DNA of 64,000 nucleotides from Mobula hypostoma (GCF_963921235.1 NC_086108.1:60948001-61012000), one strand, 5' to 3'. Positions 37,411 through 50,269 are shown, numbered from the stretch's first letter. The notes: generated from the letters alone by a model not told the origin. Numbers and translations: made by a program.

Positions 37411-37764
37411 GAATCTGACTAGTAAAACAGATGGACAGAGCATTGATCAGACTAACTGGATCTCCTTAGCCATCGATCAGTTGCAAAGTTGGGCAAAGTA
37501 TTTGCAGATGGGTTGATGCACTTTGGTAAATCAGATAGGGGTAGGACATGCGCTCTATTAGTAAATGGTAAAACACAAAGGAATAGCTCCTTGAAAGTAG
37601 CAACCCAGGCTGATGGGATGGAGTCTAGAATTTTAAAAAATGGGATGTCATGTTGCAGCTTCACAAGATTGGTTTGATGTCTCAGTGTATTGTGTACAGT
37701 CCTGGTTGCCACACTACAGGAATGATGAGATTATACAGTACTGGAGAGAGAACAGAGGAGATTT

Positions 37765-38056
37765 ATTTTTGATTTATTTTATTTAGAGAAACAACAAAGA
37801 ATAAGCCCTTCCAGACCTTCGAGCTGCACCACCCATCAACCCCCATTTAACTCTAGTTAAATATACAATGACTAATTAACCTACTAACCAGTATGCCCCT
37901 GGACTGTGGGAGGAAACTGGAGGACCTGAAGAAAACCCATGCATTCCAAGGGGAGGACATACAGACTCCTCATAGAGGAGGTTAGAATTGAACACCGAAC
38001 TCCGATGCCCTGAGACATAATAGCGTTGTGTTAATCACTACACTACCATGGTGCCC
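37765..38056 (-). mobile_element. tRNA-derived V-SINE/HE1-like SINE
   Basis: Homologous to 30188-30462 (GGGCACCATGGTAGTGTAGTGATTAA...GTTCAATTC). Confidence 0.78.
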
Positions 38057-38333
38057 AAAAAGAGATTCACCAACCCTTGGCAGCTAAACACCCTGTGAAC
38101 TACCAGCAGGACATTGCTTGGATTGGCAAGACTTTAGTTATGGGAACAAATTGGAGACCTGGGTTTGCTTTTGCCAAAGGAAAAGAGGTTGAGGGGTAAC
38201 AAGAAAGAGGTATATAAAATAAAAGAGGTATAATTCTAGTGGACATTGAGTAGATGGTGCTCATCTTCCTGATTATCCTTCCAGAACAAAGTACATCCAC
38301 TGCTTTGTTCTTTGAGCTGTCCATCTTTAGTTT

Positions 38334-38540
38334 TGCAAACAACAGGAATTCTGCAGATGCTGGAAATTCAAGCAACACACATAAAAGTTGCTGGTGAACG
38401 CAGCAGGCCAGGCAGCATCCCTAGGAAGAGGTGCAGTTGATGTTTCAGGACGAAGGGTCTCGGTCTGAAACGTCAACTGCACCTCTTCCTAGAGATGCTG
38501 CCTGACCTGCTGCGTTCACCAGCAATTTTTATGCGTGTTG
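38334..38540. mobile_element. Palindromic PLE mini-insertion #3
   Basis: Arms ~38373-38448 and ~38465-38540; junction inside the hammerhead; perfect 13-bp TSD CCATCTTTAGTTT at 38321-38333 and 38541-38553. Confidence 0.92.
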
Positions 38541-39829
38541 CCATCTTTAGTTTGTTGTGTTCCTCTCAGTGTGGTATCTCAGTAAAATGGAGCCTGAGTC
38601 ACTGAACAATAATAATGGAACAATTATCATGTTTCTCTTTGGTGAGTCTATTCACTTGGCTCTTGACATTCTTGGTCCTGAACTTCATAGTGAAGAGTGG
38701 ACGCGGCCTGTGTGTGATTTCTTCTTACAGGGCATGGCCATCGCAGAGCAGCCCAAACTTGAGAAACCAAGGTCTTAATCCAATGGTCAATGGGATACAA
38801 AATGATTAGAGACCAGTTTCAGCTGTGTGGGTGTTAACTTATGAAGGCACGCCCTCTGAAAGATGCCCAGCCTCTGACTTTGGACATCACTAGTTTCAAT
38901 GTAATAAAGATTTTAAGTGCAAACCAATCTGGTGAGTGTTATTATAAACACAATTTATTCAGAATACATAACATGTTGGTTACACAAGCAGAAACACTTA
39001 ACCATGTTTGACTTCATTGGGCAGATCATGAGCAGCTATGGTTTACTTTTCTATCCTTCTTGGAAGCCAAAAAGGAAATCAATGTTCAACACCTGTGTAA
39101 GCGCAGTCTCGGGCTAGCTGATATATATATATACTTCTTCACCATATTTTCCTTGTATACTTCCCTTATTTTATATCTGTCCCGATCCACTTCTTGTTTT
39201 CTAAAAGTCCAGGTATCACGTACTTTGAGGTTTTGCAAAATGTCTAAAAATATGCATTCGTGTTCTTGATGAGCTAGCTGTCTCATTTCCTAATTTTGAC
39301 AATCACTTACCCTTTGGATCTATTAGTTTTAGCACTATATTGTTTGAAGATCTTCTTCATAGAAAATCCGTGGTTATTCGGTGTTGTACTTTTGGCGCAC
39401 TTCTCTGGGAGAAAATCTTAATTAAATATTATATTAAATATATTGGCATAAGATTTACATTAAAGACTGATTACACATCAAAAGAATTAATATTTTGTTT
39501 TTCAAAAGTAAGTTTCAACCTTGAAGAATTACATTTTGCAATGGCATTGTGCAATATTGCTTGTATTTTCTAGTTATTGAATAGTTCTTGCCTAGAAGTT
39601 CATAATAGTGACAAGATATTATACTCTGCCTCTGCATTTTGTTTCATTGAAAACAATTGAATACATTTTGTAGGTAGAATACAACACACAGATGTATATG
39701 ACATGCTCAGCTTCACCAACTAGGAATGACTTTATTGGCATTAATTTCCAGTGAACAACTGTATACATTACACCTCTTGTGCAGCTGGTCATCCCTCCTT
39801 TGCATACTCTCACAGGCATAGGTTGGAAG

Positions 39830-40540
39830 TATTCAAAGATTCAAATTTATTATCAAATTATACACCTCTGATATTCTTCTCCAGATAGCATGAGACCAAG
39901 AAAGAAAAGAACGGCTGCATGATCATCAACTGCCAAATCCCCCCTCCCTGTGCAAAAAAGAGAACAAAAACAGAACCCTGCATACCAGAAATGAGAAAGA
40001 TGGAGTGAAAAACACAGAATACAAAAAAACCCCCCATCAGACTGAAAAGAAAGTCAATAGTCCAAGTTCATATCCAAAAACGCAGAAAACCTGGGTAACG
40101 TTCTCCGGGCACAGTGGCAGCCTCTCCCCTCTCTGGTCGCAGAGCGATCCCACCAGCGGTCAAAAGGCAGGCAGCCAAGGCTCACCTTCCACATTCGCCT
40201 CAATGTTTCAATCTCCCTTGTCACTTTAATTGGTGAACAATGGAAGCTTTAATTGGAGAAATGGAGTTGAACACCAGCTCTCACCCTGTCCCGCAGCCTT
40301 CTTGCCACGAGGTTTGCACACGTTGCCTCTGTCTCCCGGAATTGTCTTGGAGACTGCAGAGTGCTGAAACACCCAAATGATCTCCAAACCGCTAATACAG
40401 GCTCCAACAGTTCCAGAATCACACTCAAGATGAAAAACAAACATAAACACAAAAGAAGTGAAATATATGGTTTCATGGTCTATCCAGAAGATGGCAACCA
40501 TGGGAACATTGTTTGCAGGCACCATCTTACCATCTTGACC
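39830..40540 (-). mobile_element. Non-coding retroposon with Rex1-like ends (putative non-autonomous element)
   Basis: Reverse strand starts near AAGATGGTGCC (compare CAAGATGGTGCG at the Rex1 5' end, ~52065) and ends AATAAATTTGAATCTTTGAAT. Confidence 0.5.
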
Positions 40541-40699
40541 TCCAGCAGGTTGTCCATCTTGACCTCCAGCATTCCCTCTCTAAAGTTATGTCCTAGTGCT
40601 GAGAATAATGTATATTATCATGGACAGTGGACTGTCTATTGACAGGAAAATAGTGCAGCAAAACATGAGATATATTTAGGTTTTCAAATTTTATCTAGT

Positions 40700-41900
40700 G
40701 GGTTGCCGTGGACCTCAGCTATTTACAGTCTATTGTAATAATTAAGATGAAGAGACCGTGTGTATTGTATTGAGATTTGCTGATGGTAACAATCTTGACA
40801 GGAATGTATGTTGCGAAGACAGAAAGGACCTGCCGTATGGACATGATGTACATTAGATAGATAAGGAAAGAGGGCAAGATACGACAAATGGATTGTGAAG
40901 TATGGGGTATAGAGGTTAGGAAGAGGAGAAACATAGAATATTATTTAAATTGGGTGATATCATTGAAAATTGGTGTTCGGAGAGACCCAGGCTTCCCTGT
41001 TTAATTAACACAGAAAAATATCATGCAAATTCAGCAAATAAACTAAGTGTCCTTCATTGTAAGAGAATAAGGAACACTTACTACAATGATACAAAGTTTT
41101 GGTGAGATGGTGTTTTGCTGTTATGAATTTATGTTTATGGTTATATAATGTTTATATATATTATATTATATGTGTAATGATCATATATGACTGTAAAATT
41201 CTGTATCCTTATTTATGGAAGAAACTATCTGCCTTTGTGGCAATCATGTTAAGGTTCAATGAATGAATTGCTGGGACTAGGGGGATTATCTGTTGAGATA
41301 TTTTAAAACTGAGGTGCATAATAATTTCTCTTTACAGAGGATGGTGAATTTCTGGGATTCTTTATTCCCGAGATGAAAGCTAGATTATTGGAGTTTTTAA
41401 AGATGAGGTAGTTAACTTTCTGGAAGGTCGGGGAATTGAGGAGCATGGCAATCTGGTACAGAAAATGAGCCGAGGCAGTATCATATTTAATGGCAGGATA
41501 GGACTGAGTTGTCAGGTGTGGCTAATTCCATCTCTTATTTTCTGGAGTTTTTGAGAGATTGAGCAGATTAGACACACATTCACTGTAGTTTGAAAGAATG
41601 AAGGATAATCTTGGAATTTTGATTAATTGAATTTATAATATGAGGAAATTATGGAGTTGCTTCCCCTGGTGAAGAAATTTAGAACCAGGAGGGTGTAGTC
41701 CAAAGATGTCGAGGGGAAAAAGGACTTAAATCTTTTGGGATAATCTGTAGTTTTGTTACTGAGTATGTGAAAAGTGAAGCTAGATTTTTGGATGTTAGTA
41801 GAATAAGGAATCCTGGATACTTAGAAGAAAAGTGGATCCAACAATCAGATTTGCTTTGATCTTATAAAATGGTAGAGCAGGTTTGGGCTGGGCGTGTGGA
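40700..41900 (+). mobile_element. Very degraded CR1 fragments
   Basis: Remnants resembling GLPWTS/GVPQG, GTGAATTTCTGGGATTC and AGAACCAGG motifs. Confidence 0.5.
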
Positions 41901-42211
41901 AGTAGTGTGGGGTGGGAGGTGATTTGCGGTGAGGACGTTTGCCATATGCCATCTGTTTATTGCTTCGCTTTCTTATGCCTGAATGTTCTTATGTGCTTCT
42001 GTTGGTCCTTTTTTTGCTAACCCTCAAGTTCTCTAAAACGGTTATGCTTCACATTTATATTCCTGAGGAATCTGGCAAATCATCAATGGGAACTGGGCTG
42101 TTACTGAAAGTAGGGAATTGAAAGTACAGCCTAAACTCTTTCCCCTCACACCTACATGGTTACTGAGTTCCAGGCATCTCATGCCTGGTGGCTGAGAAAC
42201 TAAACACAGTG

Positions 42212-42323
42212 TGAGGAATCTCTTCTCAGGCTTCTAGCCAGGTCCAAGTATTGATTATAACCGACTTTATAATTGGCTATAATCGGTACCCATACCTGGC
42301 TGGAAGCCCAAGAATATTCGTCA
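42212..42323. repeat. ~110-bp imperfect inverted repeat, probably from a second PLE family
   Basis: TTCTCAGGCTTCTAGCCAGGT...GATTATAACCGA pairs with TTGGCTATAATC...ACCTGGCTGGAAGCCCAAGAA. Confidence 0.75.
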
Positions 42324-42377
42324 TATAAGCACTAGATCCTTTTTTAAAACCAGCACATTCCAAAAGGTGCTTATTTA

Positions 42378-42580
42378 GACCATAAGACCATAAGATAAAG
42401 AAGCAGAAGCAGGCCATTCAGCCCATCAAGTCTGCTCCAGCATTCAATCATGGGCTGATGCAATTCTTCCAGTCATCCCCACTCCCCTGCTTCACCCCAT
42501 TCCGTTTGATGCCCTGGCTAATCAAGAACCTGTCTATCTCTGCCTTAAACACACCCAATGACTTGGCCTCCACAGCCGCC
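42378..42580 (-). mobile_element. CR1 3' tail fragment
   Basis: (AGACCATA)n tail; matches 54274-54475. Confidence 0.8.
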
Positions 42581-45500
42581 ATCATTATTTAAATTTAATG
42601 ATGAACTGAATACATATTTTATATTCCCAAATACCTGTGTTTGCTTTGCTTCTAAGCAATGATTGCTGTGAACCCTGTCTCTCTTAGACTATGATATCAT
42701 TGCAATGGAGTTTGGTTGTTGTTATGGATCATTTGTTTTTAGTTATGTATATAGACCTGACCACAACTCCACATTCTTGGGAACTGAAATGTCCCCCTAG
42801 TGTAACAATGGGCAGTGAACAGCTTTTAAAAATACAATATCTTGAGATTTCATATTCAGTGTTTGTTAACAGGATACTGATTTGGGACTACTCACTTTTT
42901 TTCCTGAAGCAATGACAAAGTTGAATGAATTAAATTATTTATGTTAGTATGCCTTTCTCTGCCATGAGAAATGGTTCCACATGCAGACATGTATGAGCAG
43001 AATTCTCTTCACTAAATCCAACTGCTAATTAGATATTATTGCCAACAGGAAATCTGGTGGGACACTTAGTATATTGTCAATAATAGATAGTTTCACATTT
43101 AAGAAGCTCCCTATCTTTTGGGTGATCTGAGAACATTGATAACTTGGGATTTTAGCAGTTTCACTGTAGAGGATCTGAGGACAAAGTCCTATCTTAATTC
43201 AATACAGAGTTCCAAAACATTGTTCAAGGTTTAAAGTAAATATATTATCAAAGTACATATATGTCACCATATACAACCTTGAGATTCATTTTCTTGTGGG
43301 CATACTCAATAACTCCAATAACCATATAGAAGCAAAGAAAGACCGCACCGACCGAGTGGACAGCCATTGTGAAAACAATGACAACCTGCAAATACAAAAT
43401 AAAGAAAAACAAGTACTAGTAATAATAATAATAACCACTTTCTTAAATAACTACAATATACTTACAGAAAAGCAGAAAGGATGCCAAAAGGGTATGAAAG
43501 GATGTAAAGTACAACTTATAATAGATTCCATAATTCTAAATCAAGCCTGGCAGATAAGCAGAAATCTTTCATGTTGTTTTATTGACTACCAAAAGGCATT
43601 TGATTCTGTCCCACACTCATGGTTAATAGAAGTTCTTAATATATATAAACTACACCTAATGCTTGTCAAATTCCTACAACATCTGATGAAGCATTGGCAT
43701 AGTATAAACACTCTATCTATTAACAACAAGAAAAGAACAAACACAGTTATCAAAATAAACCGAGGCATTTTTCAAGGAGACTCTCTAAGTCCACTATGGT
43801 TTTGTCCAGATTTAAACCCAGGCTAAAATTGGGGATCAAATCAGAAACAATGAAATGAGCTATACCTTAACACACCTTTTATACATGGATGATTTGAAAG
43901 TATATGCTCCTTCATTAGTAAAGCTAAAGCAATTAATTCAAATAGTATAACTATTTTCCAAAGATATAAACATGAACTTTGGACTGGATAAATGCAGCAT
44001 TAAACAGAAAGAAAGATGCAATAGCACTAGTGGAATACAAAACAGAGCAGCAGGATAAAATACAATTGTTGATGAAAATGAAACACTAAGTATCTGCTAT
44101 ATCAACAAACAAAGAAAATAGATCACAGTGCAATGAAGGAAAAACTTTTGACAGAGTTTACGTCAAGGCTTAAGAAAATCTGCCAAACAAAGCTCAACAG
44201 TAAAAATATTACAGGCAATAAACACTTACACTATACATATATTAACGTATTCCTTTGGCATAATAATTTGGTCCAAAACAAAGAAAAATAAGAACTGAAA
44301 TGACAACTTTCAGAAAACATTATGTACACTCGAATGCATTTAGATTAACATTACCTAGAACGGAGGGGGGAAGAGAATAACAGGCATTAAGATTCTACAC
44401 AACAGTCAGATAAAACTTTTAAGGATATATTTTCATCAATGAAAACAGGATTCAGGACTCCTCTGATAAGAAGTATTCACCACGAAACTTAAGTGAGTGC
44501 ACAACCGAGAAAAATGAAGACATTATCACTACTGAAGAAAAAGTTACCCAATGGAAGACCATGGCCCGCCATGGAAGACATCCCCACGATCTGAGCAGAC
44601 TAGATGTCAACAAGGAAGCTTAGAATGCCTAGCTCAGAGCTGGAGGCATCTTCCCAGAAACTGAATGGTTCCTTGTGGCTATACTGGATCAGGTGGTTAA
44701 CACAAAAAAATGATCAAAAAAATATAATGAATACTAACAAATTCAAACCAGAAACAATCTGTCATAAGGGGGCGGGGTGCTGGTGGCAGACCCAAATGCA
44801 AGACACAGACACTGAAGTACTAGGAACAGGAATTGACTAGAGAGCGGGGACGAGAACATAGACTTGGGCTAGGACATTGGCTAGGCAAGAGGGACCAGGA
44901 CAAGGAACTGGGAACTAGGAGCCTGGGCTTGGACTCCGAGCCGGAGACTGGACAAGGACCCAGAACCCAGGTCTTGACCCATGCTCAGACCCCGGAACAA
45001 GGTGAGGACATGACATGGCTACAGGACTGGACATGGCTTGGGTTCTTCGAGGCGAGGTCATGACGAGGCTTGGGTTTGGACTCCAAGCCAGAGACTGGAC
45101 AAGAACCCAAAACCTGAGTCTTGACTCGGGCTTGGGCTCCGGAACTAGGCGAAGTCATGACGTGGTCTTGGGAGACAGGACTAGGCGAGGTTACAGGACA
45201 GAACAAAAGACTCCTGGGCAAGACAAGGGAACTCCAGCAAAGGACAAGGCACATGGACAGGACAAGAACACGAAGCCTTGACTTGGTACTCAGGAACAGC
45301 CGAGCCTTGGACTTGGGACGACAGGAACCGTGGAACCTTGGACTTGGGAAAACAGGAACGCAGAACACAGAGCCTTGGTCTTGGGGAGAACAGGAACACA
45401 GGGACATTGAACACAGAACCGGGACCCCTCCTTGGGAACAGGACTTAGGGCCGGGACCCGTACACGGAACACAGAGCCAAGACCCCTCCTTGGGAACAGG

Positions 45501-45829
45501 AATTGGGGCCGGGGCTCTACACAAAATGTCCCCAACACTAGGTAGCGGCAAAAGGCCGGACCTACCGAGCGAAGGCATGGACACAGAGACAGTTCGAACT
45601 CAACAATGACAGTTCCTTATCTTGACACAGCAAGGCTCACCCGGTCTTGCTCCAGTGGTAGAACTTGCCAAGGCTGCAGGCAAGGCTCCAGACACAGATT
45701 GCAGAATAAAGCTTCAGACACAGGTTGCAGGGCAAGGCTTCAGAAGGAAGTGGAAGGAAAGTGAACAGTCCAGCCTCAGGGTAACGGCAAAGACGGCCTG
45801 GCTTACCCCACTGGGGTAAGGACGGGATA

Positions 45830-48637
45830 CAGGGTCCCCCGCTTTTCGAACATTTGCTGTACGAAACCTCGTGGTTACAAAAGACCTACATTAGTTACCT
45901 GTTTTCACTAACAGAAGGTGTTTTCACTGTTATGAGAAAAGGCAGCGCGCGATAAAAGGCAACGTATGCCCTGAGCAGCCAAGCTCTTCCCCTGGAACTG
46001 CATTCCAGCCGGCATTGCTTAAACACCTGCCTGTGAGTATCTGTGCTTTTATGTCAATTTATTTTGAGCATCCGTTAGCAAGATGAGTTCTAAGGTATCG
46101 GAAAAGCCTAAACGAGCTCGTAAGGGTGTTACACTTAGCGTAAAACTAGACATAATTAAGCGTTTCGATCGTGGTGAACGAAGAAAGGACAAAGTGAGTT
46201 TGGCTTGTGGAAGTTGACGAAGATGATGTTGAAGGGGTTTTGGCAACCCATGACCAAGGACTGATAGATGAAGAGCTGATGCAATTTGAAGAGGAAAGGA
46301 TAACAATTGGAACTGAATGCGGTAGCGAATTGACCGAAAGTGAAGTCGTCCAGGAACTGAACATGAAGCAACTGCATGAGATTTTCACTGCAATGATTGC
46401 AGAGAAGTACGACGTTAATCTTGAAAGGGTACATAGGTTTAGGGCATATTTGCAGGATGGTTTGAGTGCTTAAAAAGAACTGTATGTTAGAAAAATGCGC
46501 AAGGCTAAACAGTCAAGCATACTGTCATTTTTCAAGCCTTCCACATCAGCCACAGCAGATGACGAACCTCGACCTTCGACATCAAGGCAGGCAGACATAG
46601 AAGAAGATGACCTGCCTGCCCTGATGGAAACAGACGACGATGAGATGACACCCCAGTGTCCCACCACCACGACCCCCGGGCCTCAGACCGATACACAGAA
46701 ACACAGAAAATAGGTGCAGGAGTAGGCCATTCGGCCCTTCGAGCCTGCACCGCCATTTATTATGATCATGGCTGATCATCCAACTCAGAACCCCGCCCCA
46801 GCCTTCCCTCCATACCCCCTGACCCCCGTAGCCACAAGGGCCATATCTAACTCCCTCTTAAATATAGCCAATGAACTGGCCTCAACAGTTTCCTGTGGCA
46901 GAGAATTCCACAGATTCACCACTCTCTGTGTGAAGAAGTTTTTCCTAATCTCGGTCCTAAAAGGCTTCCCCTTTATCCACAAACTGTGACCCCTCGTTCT
47001 GGACTTCCCCAACATCGGGAACAATCTTCCTGGATCTAGCCTGTCCAATCCCTTTAGGATCTTATACGTTTCAATCAGATCCCCCCTCAATCTTCTAAAT
47101 TCCAACGAGTACAAGCCCAGTTCATCCAGTCTTTCTTCATATGAAAGTCCAGGAATCAATCTGGTGAACCTTCTTTGTACTCCCTCTATGGCAAAGATGT
47201 CTTTCCTCAGATTAGGGGACCAAATTTGCACACAATACTCCAGGTGTGGTCTCACCAAGGCCTTGTACAACTGCAGTAGTACCTCCCTGCTCCTGTACTC
47301 GAATCCTCTCGCTATAAATGCCAGCATACCATTCGCCCTTTTCACCGCCTGCTGTACCTGCATGCCCACTTTCAATGACTGGTGTATAATGACACCCAGG
47401 TCTCGTTGCACCTCCCCTTTTCCTAATCGGCCACCATTCAGATAATAATCTGTTTTCCTATTTTTGCCACCAAAGTGGATAAGTTCACATTTATCCACAT
47501 TAAATTGCATCTGCCATGAATTTGCCCACTCACCCAACCTATCCAAGTCACTCTGCATCCTCTTAGCATCCTCCTCACAGCTAACACTGTCACCCAGCTT
47601 CGTGTCATCCGCAAACTTGGAGATGCTGCATTTAATTCCCTCATCCAAGTCATTAATATATATTGTAAACAACTGGGGTCCCAGCACTGAGCCTTGTGGT
47701 ACCCCACTAGTCACCGCCTGCCATTCTGAAAAGGTCCCGTTTATTCCCACTCTTTGCTTCCTGTCTGCTAACCAATTCTCCATCCACATCAATATCTTAC
47801 CCCCAATACCGTATGCTTTAAGTTTGCACACTAATCTCCTCTGTGGGACCTTGTCAAAAGCCTTTTGAAAATCCAAATATACTACATCCACTGGTTCTCC
47901 CCTATCCACTCTGCTAGTTACATCAGATCAGAGGCGACGCAATCGGCAATTGCCTCTGATCTGGGCCGACATTTATGTGCTGGGCGGTACCTAATTTATT
48001 AGCTTGTTTATTTTGGCTTTTTTCATAAAGATGTGCTGGGTGCGTCCCAGCTACTGCTGCACCACTGCATGCTACGCGGATTGGTATCGGTTGGTGGATC
48101 GGAGGTTGGGGACCACTGCACCACCCCAACCTCCGACGACTCAGCCTAACACACCATCATCAGTGTGCTCGGCGCTGTCTTCCCGATTCCGGTCAGTGAT
48201 ACTACACTGTACATACATTATTTCTACTTTATATAGGCTGTGTATTTTTATGTGTTATCTTGTATGATTTGGCAGCTTCATAGCTTAACGGTTACCAGAG
48301 AGAGCGTTTCTGCCGAAAGCGCTTGCACCATGTTTCTGCCGAGACTGCTTGCATGAGATTTTCACTACGGTGGACAGTTCGGCAATGATTGTAGAAAAGA
48401 ATTTCTACTTTATATAGGCTGTGTATTTATCATATCATTCCTGCTTTTACTATATGTTACTGTTATTTTAGGTTTTATGTGTTATTTGGCATGATTTTGT
48501 AGGTTATTTTTGGGTCTGCAAACACTCACAAATTTTTTCCATATAAATAAATGATAATTGCTCCTTCACTTTACGACATTCCAGCTTACGAACCATTTAA
48601 TAGGAACGCACTACCTTCAGATGGAGGGGGAAACCTC
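45830..48637 (+). mobile_element. Internally deleted Tigger/pogo DNA transposon
   Basis: TA TSD at 45828-29 and 48638-39; imperfect TIRs CAGGGTCCCCC / GGGGGAAACCTC; N-terminal MSSKVSEKPKRARKGVTLSVKLDIIKRFDRGE (46083) joined to the acidic C-terminus with KQSSILSFFK; no DDD domain. Confidence 0.85.
46693..47923 (-). mobile_element. Young CR1 3' fragment with an open frame
   Basis: Open 374-aa ORF 47909-46785 (VYLDFQKAFDKV, GVPQGSVLGP, KFADDTKL); octamer-type tail. Confidence 0.96.
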
Positions 48638-50269
48638 TACTGACGAAACGAACGAGCACCCACACTCGAACCCAGGGCCACTTATATTCCCAGCCCCAAG
48701 ACAAGCATCAGGTGCCTATGATTAAGCCCAATGGAAACAAGGGAGAGCCGGAAGACCTGGAGTCCGGAGTCCATGGACCAGACCGTGAACCAGAATGCGG
48801 ACTTCACGGACCGGACCATGACACAATCCAACACACCACAGGATCCTGTAGCAGTTTAACGTAATCTGATTTTTTACACAGGCACAATAAAGTGGTAAAC
48901 ATCATTCACTACAATCTTGCTTTAAATTACAATCTTGAAAGAAATCATACCTTACTATAAATACAAACCTGATCCATTTATAGAGTCAGAATACTACAAA
49001 TTATATTGTGACCGATCTGTTATTACAGATAGGACAATCTATAATAACCCTCTGGATATAATAATACAGGATAAACAAGCAAGAACATCTTATTTAATAG
49101 ATATAACCATTCCAAACATACATACCTTACAGAAATCAATAAGTGAAAAACACAAGAAGTATACTGAATTAAAAGAGGAAATTGGAAGACTTTGGAACAT
49201 GAAGAGGGTATACATTGCCCCAATAGTAATCATCCAAAAAACTAGTATCATCTGAAAGTCACTACACAATAGCATTAAAAAATTAGGCTACACAGCAATA
49301 TCTACGTAAGTCCTCAGAAAGCCACAATACTAAACACCACTAGAATAGTCCGAAAGTTCATAGCAATTGACAAATGAGTGTGCATGGCTATGCCCATACC
49401 TCAGGTTTTACCAGCTTATGCTGAGAAAGAATGTTTAAAATAATAATAATGATAATAATAATTAATAAATAAGCAACAAACATGAAAACATGAGTTGAAG
49501 AGTCCTTGAAAGTGAGTCCATAGGTTATGGGTACAGTTCAGCGGGCAAGTGGGCAGGTGAGGTTATATCGACAGGTTCAGGAGCCTAATGTTTGAAGGGT
49601 AATAACTTCCTGATGCTGGTTCTGAAAAGTGGTATGAACATGCAAATGTAAGACATTAAAAAAATTGCTTAGTATGTCCACAAATAGATAAGGAAGAATT
49701 CACAAGGTTGCTGGTGACATCAACACGCATACAATAATTACAAAAGATATTGCCTAAAAATAATATCCATTGCAACATACATTTCAGGCTGTCAGCTGCA
49801 AGAATTTATGAAGTATTATTATCTATTCAACTTTAAATGAAGAGCAGGGTCAAAATAATTTAACCTTATCTATTATTGATACTTTAGCACCCAATTATAG
49901 ATGGTCATAACCTCTCAAATAATATCAATTTATCAGCTAGTGAAACAAGTTTTCCACGTTCAACAGAGCACTCTCTTTTCTCCACTGATCTCATTATGTC
50001 CATGGAAAGCTCCCTTCAGCAAATTATGATAATGAATGTTTTAGGCTGTGTGCTCAGTGCAGATTTTCCTTCTTGTGTAGTTTATGTCTGTATTTCCCAC
50101 TGTTTAATAATACTGGAATATTGCTATGGTCTCCTTACAGATATATTGAGGAAAGTTGAGCATAATGTGTATTTACAAATTTTCTGAAATAATGTTGATT
50201 TTCCTGTAAATTAGCTCACTGTCACATTTTATTCCAGCATGCTGAAAGATTGGTTTTAGACCCTTTATC

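Larger units (their letters stand above)
44760..48823 (-). mobile_element. Solo LTR (~1.25 kb without the nested Tigger) with internal tandem repeats
   Basis: TGTCAT...ATGACA termini; perfect 5-bp TSD CAATC at 44755-44759 and 48824-48828; orientation is inferred. Confidence 0.85.
43435..49440 (+). mobile_element. Dong/R4-clade non-LTR element (RT plus restriction-like endonuclease), 5'-truncated, split at 44759/48824
   Basis: QKGCQKGMKGCKVQLIID, IDYQKAFDSVPHSW, GIFQGDSLSPLWFC, HLLYMDDLK; C-terminal NNPLDIIIQDKQARTSYLIDITIP..EKHKKY; (TAA)n at both ends (43420-43434 and 49441-49461). Confidence 0.9.

Noticed and set aside
39003..39405. Minus-strand donor-like GTAAGT sites (~39002, ~39310) and ORF 39086-39286
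   Set aside because: No consistent open exon chain can be built and there is no recognisable protein.
44833..45609. Several 80-200 aa ORFs and short repeats superficially like a spaced array
   Set aside because: They are degenerate tandem repeats inside a solo LTR, with no constant repeat/unique spacer pattern and no cas genes; the context is eukaryotic.
47164..47868. Antisense and alternate-frame ORFs over CR1, Rex1 and Gypsy coding regions (also 58179-58883, 35490-37271, 12621-15009)
   Set aside because: They are shadow frames of retroelement ORFs.
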